Shown one piece after another: positions 23,489 through 36,669 of a stretch of DNA of 64,000 nucleotides. Where the stretch lies: contig NC_134031.1 in the NCBI RefSeq assembly GCF_964204645.1, positions 9,982,001 through 10,046,000 of the forward strand, read 5' to 3'. How positions within the stretch are numbered: position 1 is the first letter of the stretch; each line of letters begins with the position of its first letter. The position numbers and the translations under genes are program-made. Under the pieces are notes generated by a model. It was not told the DNA's origin. It worked only from the letters and a program-made list of their open reading frames with translations, and did no database searches. The stretch is from Tubulanus polymorphus (Eukaryota; Animalia; Nemertea).

Positions 23489-26400
23489 AGGTAACGTGGG
23501 GTGACTTGGCCATATGTCTTTAAAATCAGATATTCTTAATCACTTGATTGCATAATCATTCCCCCAATTATTATGTTTGATAGTATGGACCATAGGTTAT
23601 CTTGTACCTGTCATTAGTTAGCCAAAGTGCTATGGATGATTTGTATAATCAGGAGTAAACGGGAATTATTGTGTGACCAAGTCACCCCATACAACATGGG
23701 TGACTTGGTCAGTGCATGGGGTGAATTGGTCATATTAGCTATAATACATGTATATGACAACCCATGGCCCTACCCTCAGGAGAAGTTTTATTCTGACCGG
23801 TGTAAAATGTTTTTACCCACCGGTACCTTGGTCAAAAGATAAAAAGGATGGTTTTGCGATTGCAGAGATCTCCTATAAGCTTAGTAGAAGTGTTCCGCAA
23901 TTACTTCTGCAATCATAGGTTACTTGTGGACCACTGACCATTATACTGAACAAGATCATGCTGCGACTAAATTCATTGTTGTTAATGACTAGTAGGCTTG
24001 GGTAGTAAATGGGTCTGTTTCTGGATCCCTTGATTAGACAGTCACATGCAGAAAATCCTGTTTTCCGATATAATACAACGGTATGCTAGAATAAAAACGC
24101 TACAAATAGGGTGTAATGTTTGTGGTGTTTTCATTCTAGCATAATAACTTCAGGAAACCTTGATAACTCTGACGTTACAGGGTTAAATCCCATGCTCTAT
24201 AAAAACCATAGTCTGAACTGAAAATGACTCTCTCTTGAATAAAAGTAATGAAGGCTGATGGAATGTAATCTTTCAAACAGAACCTTGCTATATTTTTTTA
24301 TATCTGACAGAATACCTCATAAATCTATGCTATATACATGCATTATCAACTTTTCACATAAGTACAGTTGTGTGTTATGCCAGAATTTATTCAAATCTAT
24401 TCATAGACAATCTTATTCAAGAACACTAAACAATCAAATTTTAGTAAAATTCTAACGATCAACAAAACATGAATAACGGCAACTAATTGCTATATAACGA
24501 TAAAACACAAGTACGTAGAACAATATTATTCACCATACTCATCACACCATTTCGAAAAACATTTCTCTATGAGGGCCAGCTTTTCTGATGTCACACCTAC
24601 AAATCGTGAACCAACATTGATGATATCTGACTCAGAGATGGAACAGAGAATATCTTCCTTACAGGTTTCCAGAATATCATCCTTAGGTGGTGACGAGAAC
24701 CTATTCACCCCATGCCATCGTTTATACTTTAAGAATACAGTTGGAGAAATTGCTGGACTTGATTTCAACACTGTCGTGACATACCACTTTTGATTATAGA
24801 CTGCAATAACAAATTTTCCAATTTCATACTCTCTAGCTATCATGTTCTCCATTTGGCCAATCATATCGCTATCATTTTCCAGTTGACCGATGTCGTCATC
24901 ACTATCATCATCAATTTCCGGTTCTTCTTCATTACCATCTTCAGAATCAGACACATTTTCCTTGTTTCCGTTCACTTTTTTTCTTATTTTTGAGTTTGGT
25001 TTCTTTTTTTTAGCTCTCTTCTGTTCTTTCTTTTGTTCTTCCTGTTCGAGCCGCTCAACAACGTCATTTACTGTGAGACATTCAGCAAATTTCCTGTCTA
25101 GTCTTTTTCTCTTCTTCGGAGGCTCAGGAGCAGAATACTTGAAATGATCAAGCAATGCCTTCTCAAGACTAGATTTTGGACTGAGGACATCAGAGTTTTG
25201 CGATCTTTCCGGACGAGGGGTGATGACGTTGCTACCAGGTGGCTTACTATGGACTTCAGCAGTTACAGTGATTGTACTTGGGCCTTCTCTGAATTGTGTA
25301 CTCGAGCGTAGAAGGTCTCTCGGTTGAACGGATATATTCTCACGGGATCTTGAGGCATCAGTTCTGGTTATCTCGTTGTCGTTAGTTACAGTTTCAGTGG
25401 GAGTTTCAGGCAAAGCGCAAGATGTCTTGAGTAGTTCATCGCCTATCTTGGTTTTATCAAGCGGGTATATTCCACATTTCTCAAATGCGTTGATTGCATT
25501 CATTCGCGACATACAACTAGATTGGTGGACTTTATTCAGGAGGGAAGGGAATGTAGCTTTATCTACAGATTTAAACCTAGTTGATACGTAGTGTTCATTT
25601 AGAACCTTCCGCCAACTTTGTTTTAGCGCCTTATATACCCCTACATCAAGTGGTTGAAGAATACTACTAGTGTGCGCTGGTATGCAAAAGATGATCACAT
25701 CATTCTGCATAGCCAGGTTCAGCACATCCAAATTGATGTGAGAATTGTGTCCATCATATAACAGTAACTTTTTTCCAGGTATGGTTTTGGTCTCTTCTAG
25801 AAAAACTTTCTTAAACCATTCAGAAAATTGAGGAGTTTCCATCCATCCAGAGTCTGATACGTTATATCTCGCTCGCTCAGGCCCACCAGTGCACCAAGAC
25901 TCATACAAGTTCTTTGCTTTGTAGACAACATAAGGTGCTAGAAAATTACCATCAGCAGAACAACATTCAACAACTGTGTACATAGTTTTGGTACTAGAAC
26001 CAACCGTTACGTGTGGGTTTTTATCACCTCGTCGACATAGGACTTTTTTCGAGCCAATGTCAGTTTGAAAGCCTGTTTCATCCATATTGAAGATATGACC
26101 TGGACTATGCAGCAGCTGGTTTTCATCTAACAGTTTTTCTAATTTCATAAAGAAATCATCCACTATTTTCTGAGAACATGCTTCGGCACGATTGAGAGGG
26201 AAATTCTGTGCAATCCGACGCGATATTTTAGACTTATGGCGCTCTTCAAATAGTCTCATCCAATCCAACCCTGGTAGATCGCCTTTAAATTGGTTTTTTC
26301 TTCCTAGGCCTCTTATAAAATCTCTCACGATCAATCTTATATCATTGCGATCTAAACCAAAGCCCCAATCGCTGAGGATTTGCAACGAATGAACAACCAA

Positions 26401-27694
26401 CTCCTCTTCTTCCGCTGTGAGAACTGTCTGTCCTCCTGGTTTTTTTATTTCTTCGCCACGTCTGTATGCCTCCAGATGTCTACGTAAAGAAGTACGACTA
26501 ACATGGAATAATTCTGCTGCTTTCTTTTTTGAGAGACCATCTTCGCAGGCTTGAATGGCCGCCTGCATATCACCAGCATCATAGCAATTGTATGGGCGCC
26601 CACCAACTTTTTTAACATAATCTCGTGGCATCCCTGAAAATAAAGACGAAAAATACTTAGATAATAAGGTATTTTGAATGTAGGTAATAATCCCACCGGT
26701 AAATATCCCCCCGGTAAAAATCCGACATGGGAAAAATCCCCCCCCCCCCCAGATCAGTTTTCTATCAAACTTAAGTATAAAACCTAAATTAAAACAGATA
26801 ATAGTTTTTACAATACTACTTAGGGTACGTAGATATTTCACCATTACAAACTAGATTTCTTTATAGAAATTATCAAAACTACGATAATGTGATTTTTATG
26901 CATGTTGGTAGCTAAAAGTCACAGAATAATGTCATTTCTATGCACGTAGCTTGGTAAAAGTCACAGATTATCCAAGGTGAATATTGTGAAAAACGCCATG
27001 GAAAATGTGAAATTTTTGAAAACTATTCAAGTTTTTCAACATAAGAATATAGAAGTATTTTTATTGAATTTTGCTGTGAAATCAAATTTGGGGGGGGGGG
27101 TTACCTGTTTACCTGTTACCAGGTATTGTACTACAAAAACAAATTTGTGATAGTATACAGTAGGCTAGATCCCAGTAGACCTACCGATGATTGCACCTTA
27201 TCAGCTTATAAGGTTTAGCACATCAGTTATTATCCAAGAGTTTATACATAGACCACTTGTTATATAGGTACAAGCGTGGGGTGACATGGCCACCGTGACC
27301 AAGTCACCCCAAAACAAGTAATTTCTTGATTACATTAAAGTATAAAATACCTTGCAGAAGATTCAATTTCTAAATTATACGTCACTAACTAACTAATTAT
27401 AATGACACATAACAATTCAGTTCCAGTGCTCATGATTACAAGTTTTTCCTACCTTAATTCCTTGACTTCACAGCGTGAGTTTGCAGTCCGCCATTTTGAA
27501 TATCTTCAAGTCACATGACTGGTCATGTGACTTCTTGACAATTATCAATTTATAATACAGTACGATCATGACAATAAAACTATATCACAAAGAAAATAAT
27601 AAGCACAGTTTGATTTTTTGGGTCGTGCCTTCTTAATTTTTTATTGATTATGGTGGCCAAATCACCCCAATGGCCAAGTCACCCCACGTTACCT
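23489..27694 (-). mobile_element. pogo-superfamily DNA transposon, 4206 bp, 24-bp TIRs, TA TSD
   Basis: AGGTAACGTGGGGTGACTTGGCCA at both ends, flanked by TA; subterminal (g/a)ccaagtcacccc repeats. Confidence 0.95.
24526..26631 (-). CDS. pogo-type DD35D transposase (HTH_psq + CENP-B HTH + DDE_1), open frame
   Basis: Likely start MPRDYVKK; FNMDETG, LLYDGHNSH, QPLD with 35 residues between the second and third Asp. Confidence 0.93.
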   Translation of the reverse strand: MPRDYVKKVGGRPYNCYDAGDMQAAIQACEDGLSKKKAAELFHVSRTSLRRHLEAYRRGEEIKKPGGQTVLTAEEEELVVHSLQILSDWGFGLDRNDIRLIVRDFIRGLGRKNQFKGDLPGLDWMRLFEERHKSKISRRIAQNFPLNRAEACSQKIVDDFFMKLEKLLDENQLLHSPGHIFNMDETGFQTDIGSKKVLCRRGDKNPHVTVGSSTKTMYTVVECCSADGNFLAPYVVYKAKNLYESWCTGGPERARYNVSDSGWMETPQFSEWFKKVFLEETKTIPGKKLLLYDGHNSHINLDVLNLAMQNDVIIFCIPAHTSSILQPLDVGVYKALKQSWRKVLNEHYVSTRFKSVDKATFPSLLNKVHQSSCMSRMNAINAFEKCGIYPLDKTKIGDELLKTSCALPETPTETVTNDNEITRTDASRSRENISVQPRDLLRSSTQFREGPSTITVTAEVHSKPPGSNVITPRPERSQNSDVLSPKSSLEKALLDHFKYSAPEPPKKRKRLDRKFAECLTVNDVVERLEQEEQKKEQKRAKKKKPNSKIRKKVNGNKENVSDSEDGNEEEPEIDDDSDDDIGQLENDSDMIGQMENMIAREYEIGKFVIAVYNQKWYVTTVLKSSPAISPTVFLKYKRWHGVNRFSSPPKDDILETCKEDILCSISESDIINVGSRFVGVTSEKLALIEKCFSKWCDEYGE

Positions 27695-28449
27695 TATATT
27701 TTCTGATGAAGCAATTAGAGAAATTAAAAGTATAAGACTTGCATCTGATAAAATTGCGCATGACAAAAGTATAAGAGATTTTAAAATTAGAACTTTAGAA
27801 AAAGAATTATCTGATAAAAATAAAGAAATAGAACAATTAAAGTCTGATTTAGATCATCAAGTAATTGATGAAATAGAATATAGGCAAAAAGAATTACGTT
27901 TAGAAAAAGAAAAAGATGATTTAGAATATAACATAGAATTACAAAAAGAAGAAATTAAATTATTGTTAAAATCATATGATTATAATATAAATAGATTAAA
28001 AGTTATTTTTAAAGATTTGTTGATGAAACCAGATTCTGAAATATCATTGAAAGATAGAATAAAATTGTTATCTAAATTAGAAGGAATAACAATTCTTTCA
28101 ATTCTAACAGCTGTAACTATGTTATTTACAACAATAGGTTTAGCTATATCAAATTCACTGAAATCTACTCCTACTCCCAATAAACCAGATAAACCCCCAG
28201 ATAATAATTCTATACAAGATAAAGTTAAGGATGGTTTAATGAAATTAGCATAATATTTATGGGAACTATCTAAAAAATCTGCTGCAGCATTGCCAGGTTG
28301 GTTGTTGGTTTTATATTGAAATCTGTAGGAAACATTATTAACTTTGCTGCTGAACATATTATTTCATTTTTAATTACAGTTGTAAGTGCTATTATTTTTG
28401 GGCTAGTAAACATGATTAAAAATAAATAATTAATTTTTTTGTTAAATAA

Positions 28450-29613
28450 ATGAGTGGGAGTTATATCAATCCTTCTAAGAATCATAGAATATCTAATGCT
28501 ATTAAAGCAGAAAGATCTCATCATATAATTACTCATAACCCTTCTAATATTAATCCCGATGAAACTTTATATGTTAGAATTCCTCGATTAACCCAAAATA
28601 CTTTTTATGTTCCAAATAGCATTTATTTATCAGCCGATATAAAAGTAATCGGTAATAATAATAATTATGTTGTTGATAATGTTGGAAGATATTTGATTAA
28701 AAAATTAACTATAAAGATTGGTCCAGAAACAGTTTTCTCATTAGATGATTATAATTTATTTATGCATTATAAAGATTTATGGTTAACTAAAGAAAATAGA
28801 AATAATATGATATTTCAAGGAATCCAATCAGAAAACCAAAATAAAATAAGATCAGAAACACATAATGCAATATTAACTAATGCTATAGATAAATTGATAA
28901 AAAGTATATATGGAAGCAAATATAAAATTCCATTAGACTTTGAATTGATAAATAATAATGCGCCTTTATATAAATACGCAATTCAAGAAGACGTTATATT
29001 CGAAATAACATTTGCTCCTGTTAATGAAATTGTAATATCTAGCGTTAATAAAGATATGAGTTATCAATTATCGAATATATGTTTAGAATATGATACAGTA
29101 ACTGATGAAAATATTGCAAGTATAATTCAAACTAAATACAATCAAGGATTTTCATTATTATATGATTATATTGATAAATTTAAAACCGTAACTATTAATG
29201 CAAATGATGAAATTATTAATGAGAATATTAACTTCCCAAGAAGATCTATTAAAGGTATATTAATATATTTTACCATTGCAGCATATACTAATGGCGCAAT
29301 AAATGTTGATAATTATTATAATCCTGAAATAACAAAAGTAGAAATAACTATCGAAGGAATAGCAAATAAAATATTTTGTCAAGGAATGAGAATGATTGAT
29401 CAATGGCCAGAAATTAGAAAACATTTTATGATTGAAAAAGTAAAATCATCTGAAAATTGTAATATTAATCAAATTGATTATTATACCGGCAATAAATATG
29501 CATTATGGTTAGATTTTAGAACAACAGAGGATAATTCATTACATGGTTCTGGAAAAAAACTACAGAACTCTAAAGATGGAATTCAATTATTCATGACAAA
29601 GAATAAAGGAATC
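28450..29613 (+). pseudogene. Major capsid protein (double jelly roll/hexon-like), N-terminal part
   Basis: HNPSNINPDETLYVRIP, LSNICLEYD, PRRSIKGIL, YNPEITKVEITIEG, YALWLDFRT..DNSLHGSG; interrupted by an insertion at ~29614. Confidence 0.88.
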
Positions 29614-31404
29614 AACAAGAAAATTAATTTTAGAAAATTATTAGACGCCTGGGAAAATAATGTAGGATTTCTGAGCTAAGCTAATGTGGAATTGCAAATT
29701 TGAAATCGAAGTTTTAAGAAATTTGGGGAATGATGAGATTTGGCGATTGGGTAGATGATACAGGTCTTCGACTCTAGTAGTGGTTTAAATTTTTTTATTG
29801 AAAATTCTCAATAATTGATCGCGAACTTGCGACCGACTTCATTTACTTATGCCTCTAAGCTGGTCTACAACTTCATTGCCTCCATGGATGAAGAAAGAGC
29901 TCTTCTGATGTCTGCTTCATCATGACTTCGAGCATATCGTGTGGCCTAGCCAGCCGGCCCGGTCCCCGGGCCCGGGCCACGGGTTTGGCCGTCACTCGAT
30001 ATCCTAGAGTCTTGAGTCTGGGTGGGTTGAAGTAGACATTGTCATTTAAAATAACATGCTTATGTTGTTCTGTATGAATTACCCGTGTGTCATGTATGTT
30101 GTATTAATTTATTTTAAAATTTGTATTTATTGAATTTGGGAATTTTATCCCGGAATATCAATGTAATAAGGATCAATAAAGAATTGAATTGAATTGTCAC
30201 CTTATACACATGCCATCAGAGGACATGGAGCCGTATATGACAGCTATGCTATTATAAATTCCTAATCTCACGAAACTTGCATACTCCTAATATCAAACAT
30301 ATTTTCTAAAACGTTTGAATATTGAAATTATATGTTTACACATTTTTATATTGACCGCTTGTAGCCGCTGATGAAATTCACGCCGGCCCTACACACATCG
30401 TAGATAGCTTTGTCATTCCACCGGTATGCCCACGTCAGGGTCTGACTTTTATATCAGACTTCCGCATCGTGTATACATCCGCCATTTAACCGAATAATCC
30501 GATTTACTTATCATTTCTATTTATGCCTGCCGCTTCTGATATAATCATACATCCTTTACTACTACAATACGTCTTCTAATGATATTCAATGCAATATTAC
30601 AATTTTGTTCAAAAATTGGTATTTACGAGGAATACTTACCTGGGAAAATACACTATAGCCATATTGCTTTTGGCTAGGCAGATAACGCCCGAATCGACTT
30701 TTGGTAGGGGCGCCGTAACATAGCGCCATCTGGCGAGACGCCATCATCTTTTTGCGCCAATAATCCCTCAATCGCATGGGGGACGGCTGGGTGGGAATAC
30801 CCGTGTATTTTCCCAGGTAAGTATTCCTCGTAAATACCAATTTTTGAACAAAATTGTAATATTTACTTCGAATACATTCCCTGGGAAAATACACTATAGC
30901 CAGAATCCCAAAGAATGGAGGAGGGAGGCGACCAAAAGTCGATTTAAATTCTCTACACTTACACTCACCCTAAAACTCTCTGCAGAAAACCGCAACAAAC
31001 CCCAGGTGAGCCAGTGGGAAACCAAAAATCAGGGAGCTACCGTGCTGCTTCCTTTTCAGTTCCTAACTGTACTGGTAGATAATAACATGCCTATTATGAC
31101 CCTGTTACGTTTGAGTCGAAAAAAGGAAATCAAACAACCCGGTGTCAACTGACTCCCGGATACCTTAGTAAGGCACTGACTGCCATTACCTCGATATTAA
31201 CCTAAACCAGTAGGTAAAAAACTTAAACTCTAGACGCAGCCTTGCCCAGGCTATATAAATGAAATCATGATTCATGTCTAAACTTAATACCTATAACAAA
31301 AGGGACCCTTACCACTAACTGTCTTAAGGTAACCTAGGCCCTGTAAAAGATGCCCACAACTTATATACATCAACTTTCTTATAGCTGAATACAGAAGAAA
31401 CCCT

Positions 31405-32855
31405 TTAATCCCCAGGACCTGGTTTAAAAAGGTCTAACTGGGCCCGATGTTTTTTGGGTTTTTGTACGCTTATTCGTTGTGCAGTAACAATTGGACCCAA
31501 CGTGGACAGTGAGCCTAACTGTCCAGAAACGTCCTTCAAATAAAATGACGAGAAGGTAGATGGAGACGTCCAGAAGGCTGAACGACAAACCTGTTCCAAG
31601 GAAGCCCCGTGAATAATGACCAGGATGTGGCTAATGCCCTCACCTGATGAGAATGTATCCCGAGCGGAGCCTGGGCCCCCTGAAAATGCAGAGTTTCTTT
31701 TATTAAAGATACAATCCATCTAGCGATTGTGTCCCTTGAGATATCTCTCTTATCCCCTTGTCGGAGAGGAATAAAGAGCCTCTCCCTATCTTGTCTGTGG
31801 GGAAGTGTCCTCTCTAGGTACTCCTTTCAAGCTCTTACTGGACAGAGCGACATATCAGGAAGATCGTGAGATACCCTATGCGTCAAAGCCTCGATCTTCC
31901 AAGATCTGGCTGCTACGGAAGCCTTTTGATTCTTGGCAATGAAACTAAGACCAGGCCTTAAAATGACAAACCTATCTTGTGGACCAAAGGAAATATGACC
32001 CGGACGCATCGATAAAGCATGAACCTCCGAACGCCTCGCGGCCATTGCTAAGAACAGTAAGAACACCGTTTTCTTAGATAAGTCTGACAGGGTAGTATTG
32101 CGGATAGGCTCGAAGGGAGTGATCATAAGTGCTCTAAGAACCACCGTTAAGTCCCATGGCGGGATATCTGAAACCTGTTTGGGTCTCTTAACCCCAAAAC
32201 CTGATATCAATTGAGCTATTTTCACATCCTCCGTCACTACAGGGACGCCCGCTGAACGAAAAGTATTCCCCATTGCTGATATGTAGCCTTTAATGGTTAT
32301 AACCTGTCTATTCTTCTCTTCGAACAGGAAATATAAAAAATCTATTAACTCTGACACAGAGGGGTGGAGAGAATCCACCGCTCTCCTATTACACCAATCG
32401 GAGTAACATTCCCATTTGGAAGCGTACAATGCTCCGGTAGAGGGACGTTTGGATTCCACGATAAATCTGGCTGCCCCCGAAGAAATTCCTTGGTTTGAAA
32501 GCTGTCGCTTGACAGTGGTCAGGCGTGTAGATTCAATTGGAATTGATTTGGGTGTAACTTGAACCGTCCCTGGGACAGTAACCCGGGGTAATTGGGCAGA
32601 GTGCGAGGGAAGTCCACCAGTAGATGCAGGAGTCTGACGAACCATGTCTGAGTCGGCCAACAGGGAGCCACTAAGACCACTTGACAGTTGACTGCCCCCT
32701 CTATCTTCTCCAACACTCGATTGAGTAGGCGAGTGGGGGGAAAGGCATAAGCCAGCAGGTTGTCCCAACTCAGAGATAGAGCGTCCACCCCCATGCCAAG
32801 TCGTCTTGAAATGGGGACACAAACACCGGACACATCGTGTTGAAGCGAGTGGCAA
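31405..32855 (-). pseudogene. DIRS tyrosine recombinase (frameshifted)
   Basis: RPSTGALYASKW, PPWDLTVVL, AARRSEVHAL, LCPVRA, FWTSPSTFSSFYL. Confidence 0.88.
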
Positions 32856-34281
32856 ACAGGTCCACGTTCGGACTTCCCATCAGGGCCCGGACTTGATTGG
32901 CTACCCTGACTGCCAATGTCCACTCGGTGTCTACTGGCTTGTCTTGGCGAGACAGAGCGTCGGCCACCACATTCAGGCTGCCCGCCAGGTGGGAAACCGA
33001 AAGAATCATCCCTTGAGCCTGGACCCAGGTCAGAATCTGAGCTGCTAAGTTGGATAATGTTGGGGACCTGGTCCCCCCTAGTTGAGCAAATAAGCCTTTA
33101 CTGTGGAGTTGTCCGTTGACAACCACACATGATGACCCCCTAACCTCCTTTTGAAGTGTTTGAAGGCCTTTTGAACCGCTAACAGTTCCAGGTGATTTAT
33201 GTGGAGATGAGCCTCTGCTCGAGACCAGTTCCCGGCTTTCTGAAAACCTTCTACATGTGCTTCCCAGCCCTGATGGCTGGCATCCGTGACCCAAAACCTG
33301 GGACCAGGACCGAGCCGATCTGGGCGCCCCCGTCAGGAGACCGAGAACTGCCTCCCTCAGCTTCTGAACTCTGGCCTGTGCTGGTCTGACTAAGGCCTGC
33401 GTCAGGTCGAAGTGCATACCTAGGTACGTGAACCTTTGAGAGGGGGTCAACTGGGACTTCTCTAAATTCACTATGAAACCTAATTGACGGATCAAGGCCA
33501 GTGTCTTGTCTAAGGCTTCCTTGCACTCTGCTTTCGAATTTGCCACAACCAGCCAATCGTCCAGGTAACAGAAAATGCGAACTCCCTTCGACTGAAGGTG
33601 TTTCTGAACCCTTTTGACAAGTTTGGTGTAGACCCAAGGGGCTGAACTCAGGCCGAAGGGCAGAGACCGAAATTGGTATGTTCTTCCCCTCCAATGAACT
33701 CTTAAATATTTTCTTGAGTTCCTGTGTATTGGTACTTGTAGGTATGCATCCCTCAGATCTATGGATGCTGCCCATTGGCCTGGCTCCAGCCCCTGAATCA
33801 CCTCCTTGGGTGTTGTTAGCTTGAATTTTGGAGCTATGATATAACGATTTAGAGCTGACAGATCTATTACCGTCCTTAAGCCCCCAGATGATTTTGGGAC
33901 GGTGAAAATTCTTGAATACCATCTTGGGGATCCTAGAGGAATTTCTTCCAGCGATCTTTTTAAAATCATCTCGTTGATCGCTGGCATAACGTGAGACTCC
34001 TGCCCCCACTTCGGCCTCATTTCCACCGGCTGATGAGATAGATGCGGTTTGTGAACGAATTTCAGTCGGTATCCTTTGGAAACGATCTTTGTAGCCCAAG
34101 TGTCGCCAAATTTTTCTAGCCAGTGGGAAGAGGAGTCTTGAAGGCAAGAGCCCACTGGCCTGACATCTTCAACGGGAACCTGTGTTGGCGCGGCCACGAA
34201 AGGGTCGATTGAAGCCCCTACGTAATCTAGCCCTACCCCTTTGGGGATTGTCACTGTAAGAACTTTGAGAATAACTGACAT
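32519..34281 (-). pseudogene. DIRS reverse transcriptase/RNase H/methyltransferase-like pol (frameshifted)
   Basis: IDLRDAYLQVP, LPFGLSSAP, YLDD, NVVADALSR, DLFA, YAFPP, APCWPTQTW. Confidence 0.92.
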
Positions 34282-35956
34282 AGTTCAAATTGTTATTGTT
34301 GTCGCTTTGAGCTCCCTTGGAGCTTGTCCAACCCGCTTTTTTGTAGCTTAATTTGCTGTTGACTTGAGATTGATTGTATCCGGGCTGATTTGCCGGTGAG
34401 TTTCTGTAGGTAGAGTTGCCGGCGTAATAACTAGCCTTTTTTGATGTCTTCCATGACTGCCTACCGGCCTTAGCCTGAGATTCTCTGATCTTGGTGGCCT
34501 CCGCATGGGCGGATGCGCAGCATCCAGAGAAAACCCGTGAGGAATTGCCCAGCGGTGCTCTGTATAGAGCTACTTTCACCGGTTCTGGAAGTTTGGAGTC
34601 GGCCAACAAGCTATATCTATTGATCAAGGCTAGGTTAGCCTGGATCCTTATACCCAAAGGTACTTGGTGACACAACGCCTTGGCCATGGACTGTAGAATT
34701 CTCTCTATGGTCGCCACGTGTTCGGACATTGTCTCTGGATCCGGATTATCCTGGACTAGTTGAGACTTTACTTTTTCTAACTCGCCGTGCATGGCAACCA
34801 GTGAAATGTCTTGGAAAGACGCGATTTGACAAATGCTACGAGCTAATTGGTTCAACACTCCCATTGCTTGTTTTGGTAAAGTGTAGGAAGGCGGTGGTTT
34901 TTTGGGTAGTCCTATCGTGGTTGACCCATCGGAGTCTAACTCAAAGTGTGGTTTGAATCCGGGATCATCAGCACCTGGTGTGGCGTAATAATAAGTCTTG
35001 TACCCCGATATGGGAGGATACAACGGAGAGAAAAATTTTGAATCCTTCATGCCTGCCTCTAATGGAGGAAAAGACCAAGTATTGTCTGTACGCTTACCAC
35101 CCCACAGTGCCGTGTCCAAAGTCTCACGCCATTCTTCTCTATATGCAGAATGTGGTGCTAAAACTAACTCTTCGGTGTCATCGGATGGACTGAAGATTTT
35201 GGCGGCCGACTCTCTAGGCTGGGTTGTTTTAGGTTTGGCCTTGGTACCTCCGTACCGGGAGAAAACTTCTTTTACTAAGTCCTTGAACGGAATGTCTCCC
35301 GTCTCTTCCATTGGATGGTGACGGAGAGCACGATCTGTGCATGTCTCCGTCCCTGGATAGACCAGGATCTTCTGGATCACGAGATTTTTCCTCGTCAGAA
35401 AAATCGTTGACAGCATCCAACACCAACCCATCTGTTGGGTTGCAGGACAGCCCTGTTGGCACTGATGGAGGCTTGGGGCCCGGGGGTTCCTTACCTTTTA
35501 GTTGCTCCGAGAATATCGCTAGCATATTCTTGATGTCACTAGAGTCAGACGGCTTATCAGCCGGTGATCTAGAACGTGAGCGACGACGTTGTTGCTTATG
35601 AGCACGCTTGTGCCTACGCCTGGTAGGTGACGGAGAATAGGTTCGACTTACTCTAGAACGGGACCTAGAACGAGACCTTGACCCAGAGCTGGGGTCAGAC
35701 GGTGAACGACGTCGTTTTTTATTAGAGCGCTGGTGCCTACGTCTAGTAGGAGACGAAGAGTCGGACCGACTAAATCTCGATCGGGACCTGACCTAGACAC
35801 GGATCGTCCCGGATCATTGCCCTGTTTCCGAGTATCCGGGCATTCAGGTGTATCAACCTTGCCCGATGAGGACGCTGGGGTCTTAGAAGGTGTATCAACC
35901 TTGCCCAAACGTTTAAATCTCGGTCAAGGGGAACTGGAGACGTCGTGATCCGACAT
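34169..35956 (-). pseudogene. DIRS gag-like ORF1 (frameshifted 5' part)
   Basis: Position upstream of pol; Ser/Arg-rich N-terminus, helical core, basic tail; ORF 34169-35431. Confidence 0.7.
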
Positions 35957-36669
35957 GTTAAACCCTAAAATAAGCTGAAATGAAGGGTTAATTATTGATA
36001 CGATTTTTAGTACAGATTATTAATTTTCGTGAATGATGAGACGGAAATCAATTACGTTGAATGATAATTATTAAATATATAAGGCGGGAGGAGCCGCTAA
36101 GAAAACAGCACGGCGCTCCCGCGAAACCGGAAGTAGAAAACCGGTGGCAAAATGTTGAAATGCGCATAAATTAAAAACGATCTCACCCGAAGTTCGACTT
36201 CTATTCCGAGATCAATCACTCTTATGTCTGATTCTTATATCAATTAGAACGGATGTCCGATCCAACACGAAGAATTTTAACCGATTTACGAGCACTGCCG
36301 AAACACGTTCTCTAGAGAACAAGCGCCAAGCAAAAAGATGATGGCGTCTCGCCAGATGGCGCCATGTTACGGCGCCCCTACCAAAAGTCGATTCGGGCGT
36401 TATCTGCCTAGCCAAAAGCAATATGGCTATAGTGTATTTTCCCAGGGAATGTATTCGAAGTAAATATAACATTTCGACGTTCAAATATAGGTCATTATAT
36501 AATCACAGGAAGCCATTCTACATCTACGTCAATAATATTTTGCCAGCTTGTTTGTGTACATATAAACCTGTGACGTTTTGCACATCGATTTACGGCTGTC
36601 GTTTGTAATATGACGCTGAATGGTTAACGTTGTTTAGGTTTCATAATGGTAACGTTTTATAAGGCGTCA

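Larger units (their letters stand above)
17186..28430 (+). pseudogene. Long acidic/coiled-coil Polinton gene with C-terminal TM region, split into ~17186-17616, ~23206-23488 and 27697-28430
   Basis: AT-rich coding segments resume after each insertion; N-terminus resembles MDEEIPWDDM of C; C-terminus ILSILTAVTMLFTTIGLAI...KKSAAALPG. Confidence 0.7.
30593..36467 (-). mobile_element. DIRS1-type tyrosine-recombinase retrotransposon with ITRs and ICR
   Basis: ITRs ~30645-30757 and ~36325-36445; internal complementary region ~30803-30900 matching both outer ends; gag, RT/RH/MT and YR ORFs; AATAT at both ends. Confidence 0.95.
29614..36669 (+). mobile_element. HINE/Helentron-like non-autonomous insertion splitting MCP and hosting the DIRS element
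   Basis: Starts aacaagaaaatt...gacgcct and ends aggcgtc-aaaa (short subterminal inverted repeat); the MCP frame resumes after it. Confidence 0.65.

Noticed and set aside
26632-26844. N-terminal extension of the transposase ORF (MVKYLRT...)
   Set aside because: Low-complexity read-through of upstream repeats; MPRDY is the more plausible start.
33251-34147. Separate novel 298-aa gene
   Set aside because: An overlapping frame on RT is normal for DIRS1 and is likely the upstream part of the YR frame.
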